From: a virus
Virus record (IMG/VR): IMGVR_UViG_3300003690_003063
Coordinates: 48,059 to 112,058 of that record
Length of the DNA stretch: 64,000 bases
Reading direction: 5' to 3' (one strand)
Shown in pieces: positions 1-9,437 of this stretch (the stretch's first letter is position 1; each line of letters starts with the position of its first letter). Position numbers and translations under genes: made by a program. The notes below the pieces were generated by a model. It was not told the DNA's origin and did not search any database. It worked only from the letters and a program-made list of their open reading frames with translations.

Positions 1-435
1 CAAGTTCATTTAGATGTTAACTATGGTTATCTAGATGACCTAGATAACGATACAGGGGGAGGCGAGAGTGTCGCATTCGGCACGGGCACGACTACTGCTG
101 GAAAGCTTTATTACTTAAAGAATGACGGGGTATGGACAGAAGCCCGGGCAAACGCGGTTGCCACCGGAGCCAAAGAGCTATTGGGTATAGCATTAGGCAC
201 CGACCCGGCCACTAACGGAATGTTACTGCGAGGGTTTTTTCAAATGACTAGTTATCTACAGGGAACCTGGGATGAAGGCATTCCCGTCTATGTCAGCGAT
301 ACACATGCTGGCCAAGGAGATATAGATATTCCAGCAAGTTCCGGTGATTTTGTAAGGGTTATTGGATATTGTGGCGCGGGTACGACTGATCTGATCTATT
401 TTAATCCCAGTAGCACCTACATTGAACTTTCATAA
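1..435 (+). CDS. Partial (5'-truncated) virion fibre/decoration protein, C-terminal domain
   Basis: Frame 1 is open from base 1 (QVHLDVNYG...GKLYYLKNDGVWTEA...LLGIAL...VRVIGYC...IYFNPS) through the 181..435 ORF; stop overlaps the next ATG. Confidence 0.6.
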   Translation, partial: QVHLDVNYGYLDDLDNDTGGGESVAFGTGTTTAGKLYYLKNDGVWTEARANAVATGAKELLGIALGTDPATNGMLLRGFFQMTSYLQGTWDEGIPVYVSDTHAGQGDIDIPASSGDFVRVIGYCGAGTTDLIYFNPSSTYIELS

Positions 436-1349
436 TGTCTGAAGTTAGTAAAGTCAGTGCTGTAGCGATAGCCGACATAGAAGCTATTAATGGTGTTGAC
501 GCAGATGACATAGAGTCTCTTGATGGCGTAGATTTTGTGACGGGGTTTAGTAATACGTATTCTCTTCGACAGATGGTCACGGCCGGGACGGGCTCTATGC
601 AAGTAGCAAATCCTAATAGCTATCATTTTGAAAGTGGGGGCACCGATCAAGCATTTAGTATTAGTGCGTGGGTTCATGGGAAAGTAGACCCTCCCAGTAA
701 ATTTAGAATTGCGAGCAAGGGAACTGTTGCGGTCGGCGCGACTGCAACTAATCGGGAATGGGTTTTAACCACTGGTTCCCCTCCTTGGTATGCTCCCAGC
801 GACCCACCTCCTATTCAATTTACTATTTACGGAAATACAGATGCATCCGTTTATATTCAACGATTTGGAGGCGAGATGACTATTAGCGGAAGCTGGAATC
901 ATATCGTGGCCACTTATGATGGTAACGGCTCTTCGGGAGCAAGCGGAAGTTTGGAGATATATCTTAATGGAGTCCGTTTCCCCGGCACAAACCCATCTGA
1001 TGTCGGTTCATACTCATCCCTTGCAGACAGTGGGCTGCCGGTTATAATAGGAGCAATTGCCGGCAACTCTGACAGGTTTCAGGGGTATATAGATGAGGTA
1101 AGTATTTGGAACAAAGAACTGTCCTCTGGTGATATCACACATATTTATAATTCCGGAACGCCAACTGATATATCAGCTTCTGGCAGTTTATTATCTTGGT
1201 GGCGAATGGGCGACAATGATGGGGGCTCCGGGACTACGGTTACGGATGTACAGGGTGCTGGAAATGGTTCCTTGGATAACGCGAACGGCCCCGCAGGAGC
1301 AGGAAAGTTTAGCGCTAGCGATGGAATTTCATCGGACTCGGTACCATAA
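435..1349 (+). CDS. LamG / concanavalin A-like lectin domain virion protein
   Basis: FSISAWV...WNHIVATYDG...IYLNG...FQGYIDEVSIWNKELS...LLSWWRMGD, typical LamG motifs. Confidence 0.85.
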   Translation: MSEVSKVSAVAIADIEAINGVDADDIESLDGVDFVTGFSNTYSLRQMVTAGTGSMQVANPNSYHFESGGTDQAFSISAWVHGKVDPPSKFRIASKGTVAVGATATNREWVLTTGSPPWYAPSDPPPIQFTIYGNTDASVYIQRFGGEMTISGSWNHIVATYDGNGSSGASGSLEIYLNGVRFPGTNPSDVGSYSSLADSGLPVIIGAIAGNSDRFQGYIDEVSIWNKELSSGDITHIYNSGTPTDISASGSLLSWWRMGDNDGGSGTTVTDVQGAGNGSLDNANGPAGAGKFSASDGISSDSVP

Positions 1350-1741
1350 TGTCTGATGATAAACAACAGTATATCGCAAAATTAGAAAAAGCCATCTCAC
1401 AAAAGTATGGCGAAGAAACTATTAATAATCCTCGCCGGTTTTGGGATGCGGAAAAAGAACAAGAGTACATAACTCAATCTCAAGCGCAACAAATAAAGTT
1501 TGGGAAACTGGCTGAATCTCAAGACAAAGTAGAACAAGATGGATTTTTAATAAATAAAAAACTACTTACTAGAGACCACAATAGGACTTGTCCTGTGTGT
1601 GAAAAATATTCTTTTCATCCTCGTGATGATTTATATATGAATAAGTTTCAAGCGTGCTTTAACTGTTTCGTATGTTACGTGGAAGGAAGAGAAGAGAGAT
1701 GGGCAACTGGTTGGAGACCACAAAATGAAAATAGCACATAA
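1349..1741 (+). CDS. Hypothetical protein with CxxC...CxxC Zn-finger
   Basis: CPVC...CFNC motifs; coupled to neighbours. Confidence 0.7.
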   Translation: MSDDKQQYIAKLEKAISQKYGEETINNPRRFWDAEKEQEYITQSQAQQIKFGKLAESQDKVEQDGFLINKKLLTRDHNRTCPVCEKYSFHPRDDLYMNKFQACFNCFVCYVEGREERWATGWRPQNENST

Positions 1742-2003
1742 AAAACTTCGTCGGATTATTCGAGAGGAAACTGAAGCATTTCAATATGAAAAGATGCTTA
1801 GGGAGCAGGATCCCGACTTATTATTAGAGAATCCAATTGCAGCAGTTGTCTTACAACTGTTGAAAAATCCCCAAGTTGTGGAAATGTTAACGCAGCTTTT
1901 GCTTCCCAAGCTTATGGGAGGGCTGACTGGCGGTGGTGCCTCTGCGGGCACAACCGGTACCGGCGGCGCCATCGGCGCCACCGGCGGTCTGAAAGAGGAA
2001 TAA
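1725..2003 (+). CDS. Small putative head-internal protein (KLRRIIREE N-terminal motif, Gly-rich tail)
   Basis: ORF; N-terminal motif shared with 9438 and 11519 ORFs. Confidence 0.55.
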   Translation: MKIAHKKLRRIIREETEAFQYEKMLREQDPDLLLENPIAAVVLQLLKNPQVVEMLTQLLLPKLMGGLTGGGASAGTTGTGGAIGATGGLKEE

Positions 2004-2006
2004 AGA

Positions 2007-2555
2007 ATGGCAACAGTATACGAAATCATCCAAGGAATTAACCAAGCAGCCTCGAATGCCTATGATGGAGCTCACGAGGAGGGGCTGCAAGCTGATGGTA
2101 AGGCGAGAAAGGCGGGCCTTTCGCGTGAAGACGGTCACTATATTAATGATAGTCGTGTAATGGACGGCTTTAAAGTTTCTTTTCATGGCCCCCTCTTGCG
2201 CGTTAACTATCAGGCTGAGGTAAGACTTAAAGATGTGAAAGAAACTGGTTTCGAAAATGACATCATCTCTCATCTTAAAGATATCATAAAATTTTTAAAG
2301 AAAGAATATAAAGACATTACTGGGAATACCCTTACACTTACGAAAGAAGGAGACCACAAGATCCTCGTTCAAAGAATTTCTAATTATCGCACTGACTGTC
2401 AAGCTCATTGTGATTATCGGATTGGCGGCCTCAAAGACGCAATTGAAGTGAACGAGGGATCTGACGAAGATCGTCTCGATGACGCGATTAAAAAGTGGCT
2501 GGCCATGGGCCCTAAAAATAAGCGTCCCAAGAACGATACCCGTAAAGGTAAATAA
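2007..2555 (+). CDS. Hypothetical phage protein
   Basis: 182-aa ORF with GAGG RBS, directly upstream of terminase. Confidence 0.7.
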   Translation: MATVYEIIQGINQAASNAYDGAHEEGLQADGKARKAGLSREDGHYINDSRVMDGFKVSFHGPLLRVNYQAEVRLKDVKETGFENDIISHLKDIIKFLKKEYKDITGNTLTLTKEGDHKILVQRISNYRTDCQAHCDYRIGGLKDAIEVNEGSDEDRLDDAIKKWLAMGPKNKRPKNDTRKGK

Positions 2556-2563
2556 CACATGTT

Positions 2564-4141
2564 ATGGGGAACGCCCTTACTAAACAAGAGATTTTAAAAG
2601 AGATCGTCAAAGCGGGCAAAGATCCGATCTATTTTACGACGAATTATTGTCGTATCTCCCATCCGCAAAAAGGCCTTATACCATTTAAGGCATATCATTA
2701 TCAACAAGATCTGCTCAAAGATTTTAATGATTACCGATTCAATATAATTCTGAAGGCGCGCCAACTCGGTATTTCAACAATCACGGCAGCCTATGTTGCG
2801 TGGCTTATGCTGTTCCACCGCGATAAAAATATTCTTGTAGTGGCAACGAAGCTTCAGACCGCAACTAATCTCGTTAGAAAAGTTAAAGCAATTATTAAGC
2901 ACCTACCTCCGTGGATGCGTATAGCAGAGATTATAGTTGATAATAGAACTTCCTTTGAATTAAACAATGGGTCACAGATTAAAGGATCTTCTACTGCGGG
3001 TGACGCAGGCCGCTCTGAGGCCCTTTCATTGTTAGTCGTTGATGAGGCTGCCCATGTTGAAAAACTTTCTGATTTATGGACGGCACTTTATCCTACACTT
3101 TCCACTGGTGGTCGATGCATCGCGCTTTCAACGCCTAATGGTGTCGGCAACTGGTTTCATCAACATTGTGTTGAGGCCGAAAACGGAACCAACGATTTTC
3201 ATATGACGACACTTTTGTGGGACCAACACCCTGATCGAGATAAGAAATGGTTTGATAAAGAAACCAAAAATATGTCAAAGCGCCAAATAGCGCAGGAGCT
3301 AGAGTGCAATTTCAACGTATCCGGGGAGACAGTTATACACCCAGACGATATTCAGTGGTATCTGGAGAGAACGATCGCTCCAGAGTATCGGACAGGGTTT
3401 GATAGAAACTATTGGATTTGGAAGCAACACGAGGCCGGCAAACCCTATCTTATAGTTGCTGACGTTGCCCGCGGCGATGGAAAAGATAATAGTGCTTTCC
3501 ACATCTTGGAGTTAGCCACAATGGAAGTGGTGGCTGAATATGTGGGTAAACCCACCCCAGACGATTTCGCTGATATTTTATATAATGTGGCAAAAGAGTA
3601 CGGTGATCCCATGTTGGTGATAGAAAACAACAACATAGGCTATGCAGTACTTAAAAAACTATCAGATAAAGGGTATCCTAACTTATATCACTCAACAAAA
3701 GGAGATCATAGCTATGTAGATCCTGTGTCGGCGCAATGGCAATCGAATGTTATTCCAGGGTTTACTACTTCTTCTAAAACGCGGCCTCTTATCGTGGCGA
3801 AGATGGAAGAGTTTATGAGAAACAAACTAATTAAGATTAACTCGAATAGGTTACTTTCTGAAATGAAAACGTTTATTTGGCACCACGGTCGACCACAGGC
3901 TATGAGAAGCTATAATGATGATTTGGTTATGTCGTTTGCTATTGGATGTTGGGTAAGAGATACGGTGATTGTTGAGAGCCAGAAAAATATGGAATATAAT
4001 AAGCAATTTTTATCCTCCATTTCAACCACCAAGACAGCTATCTCGACTACTATCCCGGGAATGCGCGATCATAGAACATCAACCGATATCAAACAAGCAT
4101 CTGAGTTTGTGGAACAGTATATGGCGCTAATAAAAGGTTAA
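2564..4141 (+). CDS. terL: Terminase large subunit (T4 gp17-like)
   Basis: Walker A ARQLGIS, Walker B LLVVDEAA, STPNG motif, nuclease DVARGDGKD and DDLVMS. Confidence 0.95.
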   Translation: MGNALTKQEILKEIVKAGKDPIYFTTNYCRISHPQKGLIPFKAYHYQQDLLKDFNDYRFNIILKARQLGISTITAAYVAWLMLFHRDKNILVVATKLQTATNLVRKVKAIIKHLPPWMRIAEIIVDNRTSFELNNGSQIKGSSTAGDAGRSEALSLLVVDEAAHVEKLSDLWTALYPTLSTGGRCIALSTPNGVGNWFHQHCVEAENGTNDFHMTTLLWDQHPDRDKKWFDKETKNMSKRQIAQELECNFNVSGETVIHPDDIQWYLERTIAPEYRTGFDRNYWIWKQHEAGKPYLIVADVARGDGKDNSAFHILELATMEVVAEYVGKPTPDDFADILYNVAKEYGDPMLVIENNNIGYAVLKKLSDKGYPNLYHSTKGDHSYVDPVSAQWQSNVIPGFTTSSKTRPLIVAKMEEFMRNKLIKINSNRLLSEMKTFIWHHGRPQAMRSYNDDLVMSFAIGCWVRDTVIVESQKNMEYNKQFLSSISTTKTAISTTIPGMRDHRTSTDIKQASEFVEQYMALIKG

Positions 4142-4144
4142 ATT

Positions 4145-6118
4145 ATGGCAAAAAGAGAAAACAACCCTAGAAACCCAGCGGCTCCTCTGTTTAAGAGGCT
4201 TACTAGGCTTTTATCAGGGCCTATTGTAAATTACCGCGCACAGATCGCGCGTCAGGAACGCCGCGGCGACCTGGATAAATATAGATATCGTTTCCGTTCG
4301 ATGAGCGGCCAAGAATTTAAGAGGTCCGACAATAACTTTTCTCAAAACTATAACTTGTTTACATCTGCGGCATTCCGTAATCAAAATCGGTCGGAGCGCT
4401 ATATTGATTTTGAACAAATGGAATACATGCCCGAGATTGCATCGGCTATGGATATCTATGCTGACGAGATGACTACGTCCAACGAGTATAATCAGTTATT
4501 AAATGTTGCCTGTATGAATCTGGAAATTAAAACTATCTTAGAGTCTCTTTTTTATGATGCCCTGAACATTGAATTTAACGCCTTTGGGTGGGCGCGCTCA
4601 ATGTGTAAGTATGGCGATTTTTTTATGTATTTAGATATAGATGAAAAGCTCGGGGTTACAAACGTAATTGGAATGCCGAATAATGAGGTCGAGCGTCTTG
4701 AGGGGCAAGACCCTACCAATCCGAACTATGTCCAGTATCAGTGGAATGGCGCCGGCATAACGTTCGAGAACTGGCAAGTTGCACATTTTCGTATTTTAGG
4801 TAACGATAGACATGCTCCGTATGGCACTTCTGTTTTGGATCCTGCTCGACGTATTTGGCGTCAGCTTACATTATTAGAAGACGCTATGATTGCCTATCGT
4901 GTTGTCCGCGCCCCCGAGCGCCGCGTGTTTAAAATTGATGTGGGGAATATCCCCCCCCAAGATATCCCGCAGTACATGGAAAAGGTTAAAACCGAGATGA
5001 AACGAAATTCATTGATAGATGCCAATACGGGCCGCGTTGATTTACGTTATAACCCCCTATCGCTAGAAGAGGATTATTTTATTCCTATGCGGGGTGGAGT
5101 GGGGTCTGATATTATTTCGCTCCCGGGCGCTAAATCTCTCGATGATATCGACGATGTGAAGTATTTAAGAGATAAGATGTTTTCAGCTCTTAAAATTCCT
5201 CAATCTTATCTTACAAACTTGGAAGGGGCTGACGAAGATAAGACTACGTTAGCACAGAAGGACATCCGGTTTTCTAGAACTATCCAGCGACTTCAACGTT
5301 CTTTGGTTTCAGAGCTTGAAAAAATATCTATAGTTCATCTTTACACTCTTGGTTTCCGCGGCGACGACTTAATTAGTTTTGATTTGACCCTGAATAATCC
5401 CTCCCGACTTGCTGAGCTCCAGCAATTAGAATATCTGCGTACTAAATTTGATGTGGCCAATGCGGTACCAGAAGGAACCTTCAGCAAACGCTGGGTGGGC
5501 CACAACATTCTGGGACTCTCTGACGAAGAGGTGCTACGAAATCAGCGGGAATCCTTCTACGATCGTAAATATTCGCAGGCATTAGAGGCCGTGGTGGACG
5601 AGGGCGCCGAAGAGGCCGCCATGGGCGGCGAAGAAGGCCTTGGCGATCTCGGCGGAGACCTCGGTGGCGATCTCGGCGGAGACCTCGGCGGCGATCTCGG
5701 CGGAGAAGCTGCCCCCGCCGGTGAAGAATCTCCTCTATTAACGGCTCCCGGTCGCGTCGAAGATATAAGAGAAGAGGATGGAGATGTCCGAAATTATGAA
5801 AAAAGTTCATATGAAACTGTACGACGCCGCGGCGGCGACCAGAGACGCAAAGGCCGCTCGGGCCCCACAAGCAGACACATTAAAAATACTGCATTGCCGG
5901 AGGCCCCTAGTCTTGGCACTCGCCGTTCCCGGCTCCCAGGCGTCGTTAAAACTTCTGATTTAGGATTGGGCACAATAGATTTTAAATCAATGGTGGGCTT
6001 GGAAGAACAAAAGGCATCTATTTATAATAGTGAAACGAGACTTCTAGAGAATACTACACGGGTTCGGAGGCTTGTGGAACAGCTAGAAAAAAAAGAGGCG
6101 GAAAAGGATGAAACATAA
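4145..6118 (+). CDS. Portal protein (T4 gp20-like) with acidic, low-complexity C-terminal extension
   Basis: LEDAMIAYRVVRAPERRVFKIDVGN, EEDYFIP, LPGA motifs of the gp20 family. Confidence 0.95.
   Translation: MAKRENNPRNPAAPLFKRLTRLLSGPIVNYRAQIARQERRGDLDKYRYRFRSMSGQEFKRSDNNFSQNYNLFTSAAFRNQNRSERYIDFEQMEYMPEIASAMDIYADEMTTSNEYNQLLNVACMNLEIKTILESLFYDALNIEFNAFGWARSMCKYGDFFMYLDIDEKLGVTNVIGMPNNEVERLEGQDPTNPNYVQYQWNGAGITFENWQVAHFRILGNDRHAPYGTSVLDPARRIWRQLTLLEDAMIAYRVVRAPERRVFKIDVGNIPPQDIPQYMEKVKTEMKRNSLIDANTGRVDLRYNPLSLEEDYFIPMRGGVGSDIISLPGAKSLDDIDDVKYLRDKMFSALKIPQSYLTNLEGADEDKTTLAQKDIRFSRTIQRLQRSLVSELEKISIVHLYTLGFRGDDLISFDLTLNNPSRLAELQQLEYLRTKFDVANAVPEGTFSKRWVGHNILGLSDEEVLRNQRESFYDRKYSQALEAVVDEGAEEAAMGGEEGLGDLGGDLGGDLGGDLGGDLGGEAAPAGEESPLLTAPGRVEDIREEDGDVRNYEKSSYETVRRRGGDQRRKGRSGPTSRHIKNTALPEAPSLGTRRSRLPGVVKTSDLGLGTIDFKSMVGLEEQKASIYNSETRLLENTTRVRRLVEQLEKKEAEKDET
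5642..5706 (+). repeat. 12-nt tandem repeat encoding (GDLG)x5 in the portal tail
   Basis: ggcgatctcggc/ggagacctcggc alternating units. Confidence 0.85.
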
Positions 6119-6914
6119 TAAGAAGCGGAACACAGCATTTATTTATGAAACTTTGGCCAAAGAACTTACGAAGAATATCGTAGATAAAGACGACGGAAGA
6201 AAAAATAAAGTTGTTAGAATTCTTAAAGAGTTTTTTGTTCAGGGAACGATTCTCGCACGAGAGCTTGAACTTTATCAGATTCTTCTTCAAACACAAAATG
6301 TTCAAAAAGAGATAGCCGAACGTCTTTTAGGCGAAACTAAAAAAGCTCGCGTCATCTTAGATCAAAATAAAATTTTTGATGCCCAGTCGCGACTCATAGC
6401 CGCCGTTAATAAGGGAATTGGACAACAAGTATGGGCCAACTTCGTTCCCAATTTTAAGTCTTTGGCCTCAGTTAGTGCTATTTTTAATATTAAGACCGCC
6501 GTTAAACAGAGAGTTTTATTTGAACAATCAATCATCGATAAAATGAGCGCTAAGAAATCATCTCAATTCCCCGATAATCTGAGATCAATTGACAATTTAG
6601 TCTATGGATCATTTATTAAGAAATTTAATAACAAGTATGGAGATCTTATTCAGGAGCAAAAAGATTTATTAAATCATTATATTATTAGTTTTGCTGATGA
6701 TGGTTTTGAGTTGCGACTATATCTTAATGAGGAGATCGGCAGACTTAAGACGTTGCTCTCTGAATTGGGCGCCGATACGCAAGCGTCCCTTATTGTTGAA
6801 AAAACACAGGCTGTACAGGGCTACCTTGAAAATATTCGCAAACGGGAGTTTGCTGAAGCCGATATTGACAAAATTTTAAAGACACAACAATTAGTTCGGG
6901 AGCTCCAAGAATAA
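6108..6914 (+). CDS. Hypothetical head-module protein
   Basis: 268-aa helical ORF between portal and protease. Confidence 0.7.
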   Translation: MKHNKKRNTAFIYETLAKELTKNIVDKDDGRKNKVVRILKEFFVQGTILARELELYQILLQTQNVQKEIAERLLGETKKARVILDQNKIFDAQSRLIAAVNKGIGQQVWANFVPNFKSLASVSAIFNIKTAVKQRVLFEQSIIDKMSAKKSSQFPDNLRSIDNLVYGSFIKKFNNKYGDLIQEQKDLLNHYIISFADDGFELRLYLNEEIGRLKTLLSELGADTQASLIVEKTQAVQGYLENIRKREFAEADIDKILKTQQLVRELQE

Positions 6915-7420
6915 TGATTAAGATTAAGATTGGAGGCCCGCAGGCTACTGTCGAACTCAATGCTCGAAAAGCATTAGATGGTTCTCTCCTTATCATGGAT
7001 CATCAAAAGATTGACATTGCGGTGGTGCCAGATAAACTTAAAGTCGTGACATTTCCAAAAACGACATCCACCGAGGACGTCTACGATTATCAAAATAGAT
7101 TGTTAGAATTGTTAGCAGATAAAGGCATCATCGACCGCAGCAGTATTCAGGGGGGGAATGTCTTTCGTTCTCTAGAGGGGACAGTACATGAGAGCGAACA
7201 AATTAACCCCCTACAGGCTGCGGTATATATAATAGCTGAGTTCATCAACAGCGAGGCAGAGCATGAACAAGTCGCCGATAGATATGAGAAAGAGCTTGAA
7301 GATATGTATACCCACCCAGACGATAGAGATTCCACTGAATATGGTGAAGTTCCCCAATATGCCGAAAAGGGTTCCATGCGTCCTGGCTACTACTATTATC
7401 CATTAAGAAATCGATATTAA
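6914..7420 (+). CDS. Hypothetical protein
   Basis: 168-aa ORF, TAATG coupling. Confidence 0.7.
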   Translation: MIKIKIGGPQATVELNARKALDGSLLIMDHQKIDIAVVPDKLKVVTFPKTTSTEDVYDYQNRLLELLADKGIIDRSSIQGGNVFRSLEGTVHESEQINPLQAAVYIIAEFINSEAEHEQVADRYEKELEDMYTHPDDRDSTEYGEVPQYAEKGSMRPGYYYYPLRNRY

Positions 7421-7421
7421 A

Positions 7422-7739
7422 GTGGAGCTGTTACATTTTGTGCTTGCCGCGTACGGCATGACTTTTATCATTATTCACGGACATATCTTTAATAAGATAC
7501 GTCCCGCTTGTCAAGCATGGGGAGGTTTTGGAAGATTATTTCATTGTCATCTGTGTATGGGATTTTGGGTTGGCGTCTTTCTTTGGGGCGTAAGTCCTTA
7601 CACAGAACTATTTAATTTTGACTATACGTTCGTAAATGCTTTCATTTGCGGCTGTATTAGCGCTGGTACCTCATACTTCTTAAGTATGTTGGTAGAGGAT
7701 TACGGGATCAGAGTGATCTATAAAGGAGGTGAATCATGA
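7422..7739 (+). CDS. DUF1360-like small membrane protein
   Basis: Hydrophobic segments and CHLCMGFWVG (CxxC-x-G-F-W) signature. Confidence 0.65.
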   Translation: MELLHFVLAAYGMTFIIIHGHIFNKIRPACQAWGGFGRLFHCHLCMGFWVGVFLWGVSPYTELFNFDYTFVNAFICGCISAGTSYFLSMLVEDYGIRVIYKGGES

Positions 7740-7792
7740 AAAAGTGGATGATCCAGCCGGTTCGTCGATGCTGCTCTGGTAGCATACTTTAG
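7736..7792 (+). CDS. 18-aa micropeptide MKKWMIQPVRRCCSGSIL (not in ORF track)
   Basis: Strong RBS AAGGAGGTGA, ATGA overlap with upstream stop. Confidence 0.55.
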   Translation: MKKWMIQPVRRCCSGSIL

Positions 7793-7834
7793 GTGGGACC
7801 GTAAAGACCCACGTTAAATAAATAGGAATTAATT

Positions 7835-8317
7835 ATGGCACGTAGAAAAAATGTAAAGAGAATAGACCCAAGATACTTCTTGCACGAGACAGTGAATCGT
7901 AATGACGATGGCTCAGCTATTGAAGAAGAACAAGCCATATTTGCCCCCAACCATTATTGCGTTCATCACGGCGGCGTCCAGCATGAAGGCCAGATTAAGA
8001 TGGCTGAAGCTATCAATCATAATTTTAACAGGAAGCTTAATAGAGTTACTCATTACGATATGAGACTTCAAGACGGTACTATTTTAGAAGGCATTGCGGC
8101 CGAAGATATTCAAGTTGTTCGTGCTTCTTTAGCTGAGGAACACAGCCACGAAGAGGGTTGCCCCTCCGAAGAAGGAGGTGCCACCGACATTAGCCAGTTA
8201 ACCCCCGAAGAAGCGTTTGATGCGGGCATGGCCGCGGCCAGAGATGCCATTGACCAAGCCATGGGCGCACCTGATGGGCCGCCTCCTGAAGGGGCTGAGG
8301 ATAATTATGGCCCGTAG
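7835..8317 (+). CDS. Acidic putative head-internal protein with 22-aa shared leader and His-rich domain
   Basis: Leader MARRKNVKRIDPRYFLHETVNR; HYCVHH...HYDM domain. Confidence 0.65.
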   Translation: MARRKNVKRIDPRYFLHETVNRNDDGSAIEEEQAIFAPNHYCVHHGGVQHEGQIKMAEAINHNFNRKLNRVTHYDMRLQDGTILEGIAAEDIQVVRASLAEEHSHEEGCPSEEGGATDISQLTPEEAFDAGMAAARDAIDQAMGAPDGPPPEGAEDNYGP

Positions 8318-8372
8318 AAAAAATGTAAAAAGAATAGATCCAAGGTACTTCTTGCACGAGACAGTGAATCGT
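7835..8372 (+). repeat. 66-nt direct repeat (7835-7900 and 8307-8372) encoding an identical 22-aa leader
   Basis: 62/66 nt identical; all 4 differences are synonymous. Confidence 0.95.
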
Positions 8373-8828
8373 GGTGAGGAGCTTGATGAAGGCGCCCTTA
8401 ACGTGGTGTTGGATATAGCCGGTCTTATCCCCGGTGTCGGGGAATATGCTGACGTTGCCAATGCTGCTCTATATGCGAAGGATGGCAAGTGGCTGTTCGC
8501 TGCCCTCTCCTTGATCTCGGTGATTCCGGTTCTGGGCGATGCCGTAGGCAAAGGCGGCAAGATAAGCATGTGGGTTGCTAAGAATTTCCCAAAGGGTGCC
8601 AAAGCGATCGCCAAGCATGGGCCAGAAGTTCTCAAGGTAATAGAATTACTTCAGAAGCATGCGTCCACTGTGGCTAATTTGTTTGATGCAGTAGCCCAGG
8701 ACGAACGCGTGAAGGGCTTTTTGGGCGGCGATGAGGGGGTAGCGGAAATGCAACGAGCCCTAGATGAATTTGCCGCCGGCGGTGCTAGTGAGTGGCCCCC
8801 CACCGCGGCCCAAGCAGCAGAGGAATAA
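8307..8828 (+). CDS. Putative head-internal protein: same 22-aa leader plus pre-toxin TG (PT-TG)-like domain
   Basis: Start reassigned from 8217 to ATG 8307 (GAGG RBS, duplicated leader); LDIAGLIPGVGEYADVANAALY...AALSLISVIPVLGD. Confidence 0.65.
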   Translation: MARRKNVKRIDPRYFLHETVNRGEELDEGALNVVLDIAGLIPGVGEYADVANAALYAKDGKWLFAALSLISVIPVLGDAVGKGGKISMWVAKNFPKGAKAIAKHGPEVLKVIELLQKHASTVANLFDAVAQDERVKGFLGGDEGVAEMQRALDEFAAGGASEWPPTAAQAAEE

Positions 8829-8833
8829 GAACA

Positions 8834-9433
8834 ATGCCACAGCTTCTCCGAGAATTTTATGAACTATGCGAAGGTGGCGTCTGTCAGGATCTTTTGACTG
8901 AAGCCGAAAAGACTTTTGTGCGCAATGGTGGCATGATATTAAGCGGGAAGCTTCAAGAAGCAGAAGTACAGAATGGTAATGGTCGCGTGTATCCGATGTC
9001 GATTTTAGAAAGAGAAGTACAACGTTATGCAAAACTCGTGGAGGATCACCGTGCCCTTGGGGAGCTCGACCATCCCGAGTCTTCGATTGTTAATTTAGCC
9101 AACGTTTCTCATATGATTACCGAAGTATGGATGGATGGTCCGTCGGTGATGGGTAAATGTAAAGTTCTCGACACACCTTCGGGACAAATTCTGCGCGCCT
9201 TGGTAGAATCGGGGGTTAAGATTGGGATTTCATCACGTGGTCTTGGATCTGTCATCGAGCAAAAGGGCAAAACAATAGTGGAAGACGACTTCCAGTTAAT
9301 TAGTTTTGATATTGTGTCAGAACCATCTACTCCAGACGCCTTTATGACACTGTCAGAAAGCAAATTCATGAATGAACAGGTACAAAAAAATAACAAGATT
9401 ATTAATTTGGCCAACAGTATTTTAGGAAATTAA
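8834..9433 (+). CDS. Prohead core protease (T4 gp21-like)
   Basis: NGNGRVYP, ALGELDHP, VSH, GISSRGLGS, FDIVSEPS; likely start ATG 8834 after AGGA. Confidence 0.95.
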   Translation: MPQLLREFYELCEGGVCQDLLTEAEKTFVRNGGMILSGKLQEAEVQNGNGRVYPMSILEREVQRYAKLVEDHRALGELDHPESSIVNLANVSHMITEVWMDGPSVMGKCKVLDTPSGQILRALVESGVKIGISSRGLGSVIEQKGKTIVEDDFQLISFDIVSEPSTPDAFMTLSESKFMNEQVQKNNKIINLANSILGN

Positions 9434-9437
9434 AAGT

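Noticed and set aside
5642-5706. Tandem repeat as a CRISPR array or contingency locus
   Set aside because: In-frame 12-nt coding repeat without spacers
7736-7812. Selenocysteine recoding of the micropeptide
   Set aside because: The stop is TAG, not TGA, and readthrough would hit TAA after only 7 more codons
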